Source: Botryllus schlosseri
Lineage: Eukaryota
Length of the DNA stretch: 64,000 bases
Assembly: GCA_051294905.1 (NCBI GenBank)
Contig: CM119371.1
Location: forward strand, 5,396,001-5,460,000
Direction: 5' to 3'
Below are positions 25,901 through 39,240 of this stretch, in pieces (position 1 is the stretch's first letter; each line of letters begins with the position of its first letter). Both the position numbers and the translations under genes were made by a program. Under the pieces are notes generated by a model that was given only the letters and a program-made list of their open reading frames with translations, was not told the origin of the DNA and did not search any database.

Positions 25901-26425
25901 TTAGCTCATCACACTGTGATACAAAGATTTGAATATCCACATCAAACTTCTCTAAACAACAGACCCAGTGCAAATTACCCCAAAAGATGTCTTTATTGAA
26001 ATTGATTAGGGCAGTGAGAAAGAAATTTTCAGGCAGTAATCATACACCGTAATTAAAATATGAAAATGGGAGAAACATGTTCAAACTGAAAAAAAAATAG
26101 ATGATAAAAAACAACGTATAGAGAAATTTTTATTGTGGCAACGACAAATGGACATGGGCAAGAGTCTTAGTAACACGAAGATGCAAGTCCACCACAATTT
26201 CTAGACAGCCGGCACAGTAATCGTTTAGCTGGAAAGGTGATTCAAAGATATATGCGTTGAGTACTCGTACAAATTTGATCGCAATATTAAATCGTATTGA
26301 CATGATAGCAGAGTGAATGAACGTCTACTCTAAGTAACAGCATATTTTAGTATAAGGTATTCCTGTCAATATTACTGCTTCATGTTTGAGATCATCATTG
26401 CGAGAAGAAAAAGATATGCATTCCG

Positions 26426-28705
26426 CTATTCTACTGTATGTGTATTTCCATGTCTTTTCAAGTTACCAAGCAGGGTAAACGCTTTCCCGCACGTCTGGCA
26501 CTCATAATTTTTGACTCCGGTATGTGTATGCACATGCGTTCTCAAGTTACTGAGCAGACTAAACGCTTTACCACAGATCTGACACTCATAATTTTTGACT
26601 CCAGTATGTGTATTTCCATGTTTTTTCAAGGCACCAAGCTGGGTAAACGCTTATCCGCAAATCTGACATGCATAGTTTTTGACTCCGGTATGTGTATTTT
26701 CATGTGTTTTCAAGTTACTGAGCAGACTAAACGCTTTACCACAGATCTGACACTCATAGTTTTTGACTCCAGTATGTGTATTTCCATGTATTTTCAAGGC
26801 ACGAAGCTGGGTAAACGCTTTTCCGCAGATCTGACATGCATAGTTTCTGACTCCAGTATGTGTATTTTCATGTCGTTTCAAGTCACGAAGATGGGTAAAT
26901 GCTTTTCCGCAAATCTGACATGCATAGTTTTTGATTCCAGTATGTGTATTTCCACGTTCTTTCAAGCTACCAAGCTGGGTAAACACTTTTCCGCAAATCT
27001 GACATGCATAGTTTTTTACTCCAGTATGTGTATTCTCGTGTGTCTTCAAGTGTCCGATCCGAGCAAACACTTTTCCGCAGATCTGACACTCATAGTTTTT
27101 GACTCCAGTATGTGTATTTCCATGTATTTTCAAGCTACAAAGATGGGTAAACATTTTTCCACAGATCTGACATGCATATTTTCTGACTCCAGTATGTGTA
27201 TTCTCGTGTGTCTTCAAGTGTCCCATCCGTGCAAACGCTTTTCCGCAGATCTGACACTCACAGTTTTTGACTCCAGTATGTGTATTTCCATGTCGTTTCA
27301 AGTTACCAAGATGGGTAAACGCTTTTCCGCAAATCTGACATCCATAGTTTTTGACTCCAGTATGTGTATTTCCATGTCGTTTCAAGTTACCAAGATGGGT
27401 AAACGCTTTTCCGCAAATCTGACATCCATAGTTTTTGACTCCAGTATGTGTATTTCCATGTTGTTTCAAGTTACCAAGATGGGTAAACGCTTTTCCGCTA
27501 ATCTGACATGCATAGTTTTTGACTCCAGTATGTGTATTTCCATGTTCTTTCAAGTTATCAAGCCGGGTAAACGCTTTTCCGCAGACCTGACATGCATACT
27601 TTTTGACTCCAGTATGTGTATTCTCATGTCGTTTCAAGTCACGAAGCTGGGTAAACGCTTTTCCACAGATCTGACACTCACAGTTTTTGACTCCAGTATG
27701 TGTTTTTCCATGTCGTTTCAAGTTATCAAGATGGGTAAACGCTTTTCCGCAAATCTGACATGCATAGTTTTTGACTCCAGTATGTGTATTTCCATGTTCT
27801 TTCAAGTTATCAAGCCGCGTAAACGCTTTTCCGCAAATCTGACATGCATAGTTTTTGACTCCAGTATGTGTATTTTCATGTGTTTTCAAGTGTCCCATCA
27901 GTGCAAACGCTTTTCCACAGATTTGACACTCATAGTTTTTGACTCCGGTATGTGTATGTTTGTGTCTTTTCAAGACACTAAGTAGATTAAAAGCTTTTCC
28001 GCAGATCTGACATTCATAGTTTTTGACTCCAGTATGTGTATGTTTGTGTCTTTTCAAGTTACCAAGATGGGTAAACGCTTTTCCACAGATCTGACACGCA
28101 TAGTTTCTGACTCCAGTATGTGTATTCTCGTGTGTCTTCAAGTGTCCCATCCGTGCAAATGCTTTTCCACAGATTTGACATGCATAGCTTTTTACTCCAG
28201 TATGTGTATTCTCATGTCGTTTCAAGTCACGAAGCTGGGTAAACGCTTTTCCGCAAATCTGACATGCATAGTTTTTTACTCCAGTATGTGTATGTCCATG
28301 TGTTTTCAAGTGACCAAGCCGGGTAAACGTTTGCCCGCAGATCTGACATGGATAGTTTTTGCTTCCAGTATGTATATTTACATGCGTTTTCAGGTCGCCA
28401 ACCCGCACAAATGATTTTCCACAGATCTCACAGTCGTGGTTTTTGACTCCAGGGTGAGCAGTACGTGTATCCGCATGTCTTTTCAAGTGAACGATCTGAT
28501 TATACTCTTTGCCAATGCCTCTGTGTTCATGATTTTTCAAAAAAGTGTGGGATAGTAAATGTTTTTTCAATAAACTGATTGCAGCAAAGGTTTTTCCGCA
28601 GATCTCACATTCGGTATTTCTATTTATAAGGTGGAATCGCAAGTGAGTTTTCAATCCGCCCTTACGATGGAAGCTCTTTCCACAGATCCAGCACATGTTT
28701 GTCAT
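26426..28705 (-). CDS. Tandem C2H2 zinc-finger protein (about 26 fingers), premature TAA at 26651-26653
   Basis: 84-bp repeats encoding C-x2-C-GKAF-x5-L-x2-H-x3-H-TGVKNY; 684-aa ORF, frame continues past an AAA>TAA change to TAG at 26426; upstream splice-acceptor-like TTTTTCAG at about 28813-28820. Confidence 0.92.
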
Positions 28706-29463
28706 TCTTCTGGATTATCTGTATGTTACTTTACTTCTTCAAGCATCACACATCAACCGCTCTCTACTTAAAAACAAGTATTCAACCATAGCTTATATTA
28801 TGGCAGCCCAGTCTGAAAAACGGAAAAAATAAGCAATAACTGAACAGTTTGATAAATAACAATATCCAAGAACAACAAACTTATGACCTAATAATACCAG
28901 TTTAGTACAATTTTCAGCGTAGCCATTGTGATGATCGGCAACCTGACAATTCAGACGAGTAGTTCCTTACAGATGTTCCGCACATACATTTGTAGATCAC
29001 AATCACATTTGGATATTGACTGCGGGTAGAAGATTTGGGACGTTCAGGTCTCAACTTGATTGTCCGAAAGATTTCAGTTCCGAGACAATAAACTGCTAAT
29101 TTACTGTGTCTTCAACAAATCTCTGGGATCACTGAATATTAGATTCGGAACAATTCTAGAACAAGTGTGATACCATCAGCCCGGTTCAACCAGGCGATTA
29201 GGGACGAGTATCTGGTTCGGAGTAGGCACCATGGCCTTGGTCGCGCTAAACACAAGCTCTGATGGCACTAGCCGACAGATGAGTGTGTTCGACAATCTTT
29301 TAGAGACCAGTGGTTCTTCGACGTTTATTACCACTACCCGAATCTGGGTGGCATTGCCATCTCGTGACTTAAGCCTCACTTATCGAAATGAATGCATGTC
29401 TATTGTCTATTGCTAGTATGCTTAACTTTTCACAGGCATGTCCGAAATGGTGAGGATGCAGAC

Positions 29464-31103
29464 TAGGGTTGTCCAAAATTTGGAAAATCTCAAAAAGTCT
29501 CTGTGATTGTGTCTCATTCTATAGATTGATAAAAAACAACAATTAGCCTGAAAGAAGCTTACAGGAAAGCCGTTAAGATTTCGGTCAAAGCGTTTGAAAG
29601 TAGCTGATCAAGAATGGGCGTGCCACTGACCATACAACGGCGAGAAGACTAGTAATCAAATAACCACGGCTCTTGATTGGCTAATCGGCTATGCTTCAAT
29701 GACCATGGCAGCAGCAGCTTGCTGATCAGGTGTTCAAGAAGTCTGCTACAGGCGGGGATTCTGAGTGCGCATTGTTAGTAGTTTGGCAGGTGATGATTTA
29801 AGATTAATTCAGGGCGTGTTGAGGTACGAAATACATGATGAACAAACAACACCTGCTTCACAGAGGCTTTTACAGCATGACTGCTTCATTGTGAAGGAAA
29901 CGGCTGAAGCCTACATGTCGTGTTTTCATCGAGAGAAAGCAAAGGCGCTTATGCAAGTGTTGAGCGAATTCACCGTTTCAGTACCGATCCACCATCAGTG
30001 AATACAAATATATAAAGCTTAACAATGACACTATACGTTGTGTGATCTTATTGGGCTGAAGCTGTAGTATATAGGTGACGTTTTGAATGGTCTAGGGATC
30101 GGCGGAATCAGCCGGTTATGCTTGGCCCTTATCAGATGCTTACAACAAATTGAATGCACTTGTAGGCGTTGTTAAAGTCCTTAATGATAACGCAGAAAAG
30201 AGGTGGTAATGTACGCACACTCGCACAGGCTGTGCTGTATATGGTATGTCAAAGTCCTTATTGATCCAGCAGAAAAGAGGTGTAAAGAAAAGCACAGACT
30301 ATGCTGCATATAGTATCCAGCAGAGTTTGGATATCATATCCAGCATAGCCTGTGCTTACCTTAGACCTCTTTTCTGCAGCATCATTAAGGACTTTGACAA
30401 CTCTTATAAGTGAATTCAATTTGCTGTAAGTATAACTGCCAAGCATAACCGGCCGACTCAGTCGATCCCTAGAACCTTCAATACTTCACTATATACTACA
30501 ACTTGGATCCAATAAGATCACACAAAGTATAGTGTCATTGTTAAGCTTTATATATTTGTATTCACTGATGGTGGATCCGTACTGAAACGGTGAATTCGCT
30601 CAACGATTGCATAAGCGCCTTTGCTTTCTCTCGATGAAAACACGACATTGTAGGCTTCATCCGTATCCTTCACAATGATGCAGTCATGCTGTAAAAGCTT
30701 CTGCGATGCAGGTGTTGTTTGTTCATCATGTCTTTCGTACCTCAACATGTCCCGAATTAATCTTAAATCATCACCTGCCAAACTACTAACAATGCGCACT
30801 CAGAATCCCCGCCGGTAGCAGACTTCTTGAACACCTAATCCGCAAGCTACTGCTGCCGTGGTCATTGAAGCATAGCCGATTAGCCAATCAAGAGCCGTGG
30901 TTATTTGATTACTAGTCTCGTCGCCGTTCTATGGTCAGTGGCACGCCCATTCTCGAGCAGCTACTTTCGAACGCTTTGACCGAAATCTTAACGGCTTTCC
31001 TGTAAGCTTCTTTCAGGCTAATTGTTTTTTTTTATCAATAATCTATAGAATGAGACACAATCGCGGAGACTTTTTGAGATTTTCCAAATTTTGGACAACC
31101 CTA
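29464..31103. mobile_element. Foldback hAT element (1640 bp, almost entirely inverted repeat)
   Basis: TIR TAGGGTTGTCCAAAATTTGGAAAATCTC extends inward for about 780 bp; 8-bp TSD ATGCAGAC at 29456-29463 and 31104-31111. Confidence 0.92.
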
Positions 31104-32086
31104 ATGCAGACAGACAGCTGTACACAACGGAATTTTAGGAAACATGATTAATTACAATACCAATAATAGTCGTTGAAATCATAATATATTCATCATTCAG
31201 GATATTATTTATGCACAGTAGGGCTGTTCAAAAATAACCTTTTTTTCCTTAATCTTGCGGGCTACGTGATTAAATCGTTAGGTTGCCTTAAAAAACGACG
31301 CACACCAAATTTGATTTCATTCCAACCAATATTCGCGGTTTGCGTAGAGTTATAAAATTTTGAATTTGCCCAGAAACGCAATAAAAATTTTTTTTCAAAT
31401 TTTTTGGAATTGGAATGGAATTGTTGGGCTGTCTTCAACGGAGTTATTCCAGTTTTTCGATGAAAATTCATGGATTATCCATTGATCAAGGACAATCCCA
31501 GAATTATCAAAGAAAAACTGATATAACTCCACTTCTACGGCTTGGAATTGAGTCAAATTTGTTTTGCATAGTTTTTGCGCCCAACATACTAATTGAATTA
31601 GGCGTCGAAGGCCGCACAAATTCCCTTCTACGGCCGCATGCGGCCATACGGGCTCCCCACCCCTGATTTAATAGTATAGGCTACATGAGGTATATCATAT
31701 GCCAATTTTGAATCCGCATTCCAGTTGTTTAGTCTTTTACATTGCTGACAAACTTGTTTGAAAATAACAAAAAAACATTGAAAAGGACATCAATTAATTT
31801 CAAGGTAGGTTGCACTGAGACTAATCCTCATACTGGTACTGACTACAGAGAGCACGGCGTCGTTCTGTCCTGTCATGCTAAATTTCATCAGTTTTGGAAA
31901 TGAATTAAATTGTGTTGATTTGTAGCCAAATTGAGGGCGAAACCGGCCAACCTATATTGCATCTAAGTCTGTCTTAGGCAGTGTAGTTCGCCAGCTATCA
32001 ACAACAGCTACCTAGCGCACAGAGATTTAGTCTACTGTTAAAGCTATAAAGTAATGAATGACTTACACGTAAGAATTTCTCTAAAT

Positions 32087-33539
32087 CAGTGGTTCTCAAC
32101 CTTTTTCGCTTCGCGGACCCCTTTTGACCGCCCCGGACCCTCGCGGACCCCCTCAAGTTTTAGTTCAATTTTAGCTCTTTTATGGTGCAACCTTCGTCTG
32201 TCTTGTGCAAATATGAGCTGTAGGCTTGTGATAAACAGCAAAATGATGCTTTTTCTTGAAAATAATGTTATACTATTTATGTATAAATTGGTGAACTTTC
32301 ATTACTTCAAAGCTAATTTGCTGCCTTATTTCTTGAAGTAAGTGGTCGTGTCTTGAAAATCCGGGTCTTCGTTTTGATATGAACGAGGAGTGCCGAAAAC
32401 TATTTCCGCAAAGATAGATGGAGGCTAATGCAATATTAACGCATAACGCTTCCGACGATACTTTTAGTGTGATCGCGACATTTATGACACCAAAATGAAG
32501 AAACATATATTTTATGAACATATCACGCCCAGCATCTAGCGCAGGGACGGGTAACATGCGCACCGCGGGCCGGATTCGGCTCGCAGAGAGTTTCTACCGT
32601 CAAAGTGAAATCCTAATCTAAAAGTGTAGACAAATTATATGCGCCAAAGAATGTATCCAAGTTTTCCAACCTGAGAAAGACTGTCATGAAACGACTTGTT
32701 CTGTTCGGGTCTACATATATATTTACGAGCAAACATTTTCGACCAGGAACAATTGAACATTAACACGACAAGGCTGCATATCAATATAACTGGTGATATG
32801 AATTTCAGGGTTGGAGCGTAATGCTTTGACAGCAACGAAACAGTCCTTGTTAATCAAAAAACCAGCCTTGTCGATAGGGTATCCGCAATAAGAATGCGCA
32901 CAATCTGATAGCAGAGATTGAAGAGCAGGTATATCATTGTCCGACTTATGACGGGTGTCAGCCGTAAATATTCGGGTTCATTTCAATATGAATATACTAT
33001 TCAATTGTATATTGAAGTTCTGTACCTCCAAGAAGCAGTTCAAATAGTGGTTATGTATATCACAGGATAAATGGATTTCGTGGCGAGGTTTCAATCCCTG
33101 CATTGAGACAAATTTGGGAAATACTTCGGAAATTTTCATTTCAAACGACTGTTCACTAATTTGATGACAACTTCAAATCGAGAAGGTTTCGCAGACATTA
33201 CGAAGCCACCCTGATTGACGTTACTATCTCCATATTTTTATTTTAACCTCAAACCCCAACAAGACGTCTCTAAACAGCAATATGTTTGTATCAGCAGGTT
33301 ATTGGAAAATGGGCAATGAAAATGAACTTCCACGCAACTCATGTCAGACGATCATTATGATGATATGAGTCCTGAGGTTTCAGCAGTTGTGGTGCGGAAC
33401 TTCCTTATGCTTTCTCAAATTAAAAAATAAAATAAAAATTAGGTTATCAACCATTTTAAAAATTTAGAGGTCTCGCGGACCCCCTGAAATTGATTCGCGG
33501 ACCCCTAGGGGTCCGCGGACCCCCGGTTGAGAACCGCTG
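32087..33539. mobile_element. hAT (Charlie-like) non-autonomous element
   Basis: TIRs CAGTGGTTCTCAACC / GGTTGAGAACCGCTG, subterminal CGCGGACCCC repeats, TSD CTCTAAAT. Confidence 0.88.
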
Positions 33540-34391
33540 CTCTAAATCTTCAAATAATATCAAAAATTTGCTCAAATGAAGTTGAAGTCAGCCTATACTC
33601 CGTTGAGCGCGACTGCTGGAGTTGAGTTTGGCAAGTTTTCTAGAATACGAATTAAGTTTAATCTTCAATAATCGTCTCTTCAGAATGGTTGTGAAAAATA
33701 TGTTTATTCACAATTTATACAGACATTGACAAAATTGACAAAAATTTCTCGCGCCCCCCAAATAGCCCCTGTTCTAGAACAGTAGTTCTCCAACTTTTCA
33801 AGACACACCTGCTCGGTCATTAATAAAAACTTTCACTACCCACTTATCATCAAATCAAAAGGCAAGGTATTGTGAAAGCTTGACCTTTTCTAACTAACTT
33901 AGCGAGCTCATACGGTAATCTGCAAGCCTTCGGAACACCACAAATTTTTGCCTAATCACGAACAACAAAATCTATCTCATTACACAACTGATGCATTACT
34001 ATAGAATACTGATGCGCGAAATCAGCTGTGCATAAACAATAACTTGAAAATTACAGAACCATTATAAAATGATTTTCACAGAAAAAGAAAAAATATTAAT
34101 GAACATTTACTGCAAATAAGAGAGACTTCAGCTGTGTGAGTCTGGTGTATGTCTTGACCCCAGCGTACCCCCGAGACTGGCTCAGTGTGACCCTGGAGTT
34201 CGTGTGATTGAAAAAATAAAATTTGATATCGGACTACACATTTCAATAACTAATAGGCCTACTTGGAAGGCAAATCGCGTTGAGAGCAACAACCACTTTT
34301 CAGGCTCTTTAATATTCAGTCAAGAACATCATGTAGCGTCAGCATACAGATATTTCAGTATTTTGTCCCTTCTACAAACCAACTTCGGCTA

Positions 34392-35350
34392 CCGTGATTT
34401 TCCAAGTATAGTACGCCCCCATGTATAAAACGCACCCCTAAAATAGCATGTAAATTCTGGGGAAAAGCCTGTACCCATGTATAGTACGCACACTGCATTT
34501 CAGTACATAAATAGTTCCGATTTCGTATACGATGTCATTCTGTTTTGCGATGTAACTCTTGAACAATCATTACACAACGATCGCTAATCATTATACAATT
34601 AGCGGGATTGTCTTTGAACGATAGTAGATAGCAGCCAAAGCCTGCGAGGCGGGCGGCGCGATAGTTCAGGCTAGCGACACGACATCTTGAGCACGAGGAG
34701 ACCTTTTACAGATGCGATTGCTAACCATTATACAATTAACGGTATTGTCTCTAAACGATAGTAGATAGCAGCCAAAGCCTGCGAGGCCGGCGGCAAGTTA
34801 GTTTAGGCCAATGAATCGACATCTTGCGCACGATGCCTATTATAGATGCGATTGCGCCTAGCTAATGGTTATGTCATGCGCAGCAGGTCTGTTGGAGATG
34901 CAACTGATTACGCAAGCGATTATGTCTTGCGCACCTGGCCTCTTTTGTATGTAGAAATTGCGTATGCGATTGTTCAGGCCTGTCGTTGACGCGATGAATT
35001 GGCGAGAATTGCCACACATGAGTGTCTATTAGTGACCAGGGATTTTAGATATCCCTGTTAGTGACCTAATTTCGCTCGCGTACAAACTGCATACCAACTC
35101 AGCAGGAGATCGCGTGCTCTTGCACACGACTCTCGTTAATTGGATACACGCTTCTCGCTAATTACTACGCGTGATGGCTGAAAGTGATGCGCGATTGGAA
35201 ACAAACATGAAGAATGAAGATAGGTGTGATTTCAAGTTTTTATCGAGGGAGATTTTTTTCAAGCGTGTTGTTCCCATGTATAATACGCACCCCCCGATTT
35301 TAGGGCAAAAAATCGTGAAAATTTTGCGCATTATACATGGAAAATTACGG
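34392..35350. mobile_element. Tc1/mariner-pogo-type MITE
   Basis: TA-CCGTGATTTTCCAAGTATAGT ... ATTATACATGGAAAATTACGG-TA; internal tandem duplication of about 120 bp at 34580-34850. Confidence 0.8.
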
Positions 35351-36445
35351 TAGTCTAATAACACAACTTGAATTATCTAGTTGTCCAAGTCTGATGTAGT
35401 GCTAATAAACATAGACTGTCACCATTATCTCGTGAGTAGTCGTTTGTAAGTCTCGCTATGAATTAATTTGCATTTCCTCAAATCATTTTTACGAGCGTTG
35501 TCTTGGCAGCATGAAAAATACCAAACCAATTTTCAAATAGTAATGACCCTCCTACTTGGATAGAAACATGATAAGGAAGTGTTTGGATTTTAAAAAGAGA
35601 AATTCAGCTCATAATAACTGATTGCTTTACTTCCAACAAATTCAATCACTGATGTATGGCAGTGATAATACAACACTTAGTATTGCATCAAGGAGTGTAT
35701 GATTACAGTACCGTACTTGAAAAAATCATCTTTAAATACTCAACTTGAATTATCACAATTAATACTACATTCGAGTACGCTACTGGAATCATTGTGCCTG
35801 TGCCTATCGGTACTGGTGACATTTTCAACAGTGAAAATTTGAATATTAGAACCAACAATAAGATACCACAATTAAGCAGCTCTATATGCTTCTAACACAA
35901 ATCATAATGCAACTTGAACCAAACAGCATGAGACAAACATCAATACTTCCAGGGATACAAGCTTTATACGACAACAATAAGTTTGAAGATTTTGAAAATA
36001 AGCCAACTTATGCACAATTGCACATGCTGCAATACCTTCTTTGGTATACTGCACACATTGGGGAATGTTCCCCATGATTACCTCCAAGCAATGCACCCCG
36101 TGAACATGCTGACAGTTATAGTTTTTGCTTGATATTTAAGTGCTCCCTATTTTCTCATCTCTTTCACCTGGATTATTTCTCTTAATTGACACGCCAATTG
36201 AGTTGCATTTCAATTGTGAAATGCAATGCACCTTGTGAATGTGCGCAAACAATAGCCTACATCATTTCCGATCGCTAAAACAAATATGTGACAGTGTCAG
36301 ATATTTCATTTGCGTTCGTGTACCAGTCAAAGTATTTTTGGGAACGCCGATTGGTGGTGAACATGGGGATCACTTCTTAATGTGTAAAGGCGTACTGAAC
36401 AAGTGCTGGAGAATGTCAGTGCACGGTATCATAACCTTTTCGAAG

Positions 36446-38082
36446 GGTTGCCGGTGAACCCAGCCTTACAAAATCGGCCCTCGGGAAATTTTGTATTCAC
36501 GGATTGAGTAAGCGGGGGAGATAACGCGACGCTCACATACTCTACTTGTTTGTTTTGTGGTATTCATGGTGTTTCTCGAATACTATGGACCTCGGTGAAT
36601 TCCGCCCCCGAACTATTTTGAATTGAAGCTGGGATATTACGATTGGCGGAGGTAGGATATTAGGGTTGGTGGAAGTGGGATATTAGGGTTGGTGGAGTTG
36701 GGATATTAGGATTGCCGGAGGTGGGATATTAGGGTTGACGGAGGTGGGATATTAGGGTTGCCGGTGAACCCATCCCTCGGTAAACCCAGCCTTACAAACC
36801 CAGCCCTCGGTAAACCCAGCCCTCGGTGAACTCGGCCCTCGGGAAATTCTGTATTCACGGATTGAGTAAGCGGGGGAGATAACGCGACGCTCACATACTC
36901 TACTTGTTTGTTTTGTGGTATTCATGGTGTTTGCTGGAGGTGGGATATTAGGGTTGGGGGAGGGGGGATATTAGAGTTGGGGGAGGGGGGATATTAGGGT
37001 TGGGGGAGGTAGGATATTAGGGTTGGTGGAGGTGGGATATTAGGGTTGGGGGAGGTGGGATATTAGGGTTGCCGGAGGTGGGATATTAGGGTTGGGGGAG
37101 GGGGGATATTAGGGTTGGGGGAGGGGGGATATTAGGGTTGGTGGAGGTGGGATATTAGGGTTGGGGGAGGGGGATATTAGGGTTGGGGGAGGGGGGATAT
37201 TAGGGTTGGGGGAGGGGGATATTAGGGTTGGTGGAGGTGGGATATTAGGGTTGGGGGAGGGGGATATTAGGGTTGCCGGTGAATACAAAATTTCCCGAGG
37301 GCCGGGTTCACCGAGGGCCGAGTTTGTAAGGCCGCGCTTGGCGCAATCGTGATCTGATCACGCCGTGACTGCGTGATCTACGCATGCCCTGACCTCCTTA
37401 CAAGATCGACAAATCAGTGGATAATAACATTATTAGTTTAATAATTCATAATAATACTTGTTAATACACTTAATTACAAAAGTTGCAGAGGGCCGAGTTC
37501 ACCGAGGGCTGGGTTTACCGAGGGCTGGGTTTGTAAGGCTGGGTTTACCGAGGGCTGGGTTCACTGGTAATCGTTGCCGGAGGTGGGATATTAGGGTTGG
37601 GGGAGGGGGGATATTAGGGTTGATGGAGGTGGGATAGTAGGGTTGCCGGAGGTGGGATATTAGGGTTGCCGGAGGTGGGATATTAGGGTTGCCGGGGGTG
37701 TGATATTAGGGTTGGGGGAGGGGGGATATTAGGGTTGCCGGTGAATACAAAATTTCCCGAGGGCGGAATTCATCGAGGGCCGGGTTCACCGAGGTCCGAG
37801 TTCACAGAAGGCGAGTTTGTAAGGCTGAGTTCACCGAGGTCTGAGTTCACTGGTAATCCCACAATCAATGTGCCACCACATCACATGCTGCACACATCGC
37901 ATTTCAATGACTGCGTGATCTACGCATGCCCTGACCTCCTTACAAGATCGACAAATCAGTTGATAATAACATTATTAGTTTATTAGTTCATAATAATACT
38001 TGTTAATACACTTAATTACAAAAGTTCCCGAGGGCCGAGTTTGTAAGGCTGGGTTCACCGAGGGCTGGGTTCACTGGTAATC
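36446..38082. mobile_element. TIR element with telomere-like minisatellite and internally duplicated ends
   Basis: Ends GGTTGCCGGTGAACCCAGCC / GGCTGGGTTCACTGGTAATC; 8-bp TSD TTTCGAAG at 36438-36445 and 38083-38090; internal GGATATTAGGGTTGGGGGAGGTG arrays. Confidence 0.8.
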
Positions 38083-38097
38083 TTTCGAAGATATATC

Positions 38098-39240
38098 GGC
38101 ACTTCTTCGTTATTCCCCACACATCCAGAAGTGATCACCATGAAACCAATAAATGATTCCCATGAACATGTGAAATTTTATAGACGTCAAAATGAATTGT
38201 TTTTCGCGTTGGGGTGGGATAGACGGATATTAGGGTTGAGGAGAGGGGAGATATTAGGGTTGGGGGAAAGGGGGATGTTAGGGTTAGGAGGGTTAGGGTT
38301 ATGATTAGGGTTAGGGGAGGTGGGATATTAGGGTTAGGGGAGGTGGAATATTAGGGTTAGGGGAGGTGGGATATTAGGGTTGGGGGAGGTGGGATATTAG
38401 GGTTAGGGGTTTGGTTAGGGTTATGATTAGGGTTGGTGGAATATTAGGGTTAGTGGAGGTGGGATATTAGGGTTAGGGTTATGATTAGGGTTAGGGGAGG
38501 TGGGATATTAGGGTTAGGGGAGGTGGGATATTAGGGTTAGGGGAGGTGGGATATTAGGGTTGGGGGAGGTGGGATATTAGGGTTGGGGGAGGTGGGATAT
38601 TAGGGTTAGGTTAGGGGAGATGGGATATTAGGGTTAGGGGAGGTGGGATATTAGGGTTGGGGGAGGTGGGATATTAGGGTTGGGGGAGGTGGGATATTAG
38701 GGTTAGGGGTTAGGTTAGGTGGGATATTAGGGTTAGGGGACGTGAATATTAGGGTTGAGGGAGAGGGTGATGTTAGGGGAGGCGGGATTTAGGGTTGGAG
38801 AGAGGGGGATGTTAGGGTTGGGGAGAGGGGTGATATTAGGGTTGGAGAAGAGGGTTAGGGACATGATATCCCACCTCCCCTAACCCTAATATCCCACCTC
38901 CCCTAATCCTAATATCCCACCTCCCCTAACCCTAATATTCCACCTCCCCTAACCCTAATATCCCACCTCCCCTAACCCTAATCATAACCCTAACCCTCCT
39001 AACCCTAACATCCCCCTCTCCCCCAACCCTAATATCCCCCTCACGTAACCCTAATATCCCCCTCTCCCCAAACCCTAATATCTCCCCTCTCCTCAACCCT
39101 AATATCCGTCTATCCCACCCCAACGCGAAAAACAATTCATTTTGACGTTTATAAATTTTTCTGTTTATGTTCATGGGGAAACATTTATTGGTGTCATGGG
39201 GATCATTTTTTCGATGTGTGGGGAATAACGAAGAAGTGCC
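38098..39240. mobile_element. Palindromic TIR element with head-to-head TTAGGG/CCCTAA minisatellite arms
   Basis: GGCACTTCTTCGTTATTCCCCACACATC and its reverse complement at the ends; G-rich array about 38225-38860 then C-rich array about 38866-39106; no TSD evident. Confidence 0.8.

Noticed and set aside
26438..27985. 515-aa plus-strand ORF (and 28034-28414)
   Set aside because: Antisense shadow of the 84-bp zinc-finger repeats.
29765..30799. Pair of similar ORFs on opposite strands
   Set aside because: Mirror images in the foldback arms, with differing frames at the ends.
37161..37352. Gly-rich ORFs in the G-rich arrays (also 38932-39174)
   Set aside because: Translation of minisatellite.
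38225..39106. True telomere-telomere fusion scar
   Set aside because: Repeats are 22-23 bp variants, not pure TTAGGG, and are enclosed by non-telomeric TIRs of about 130 bp.
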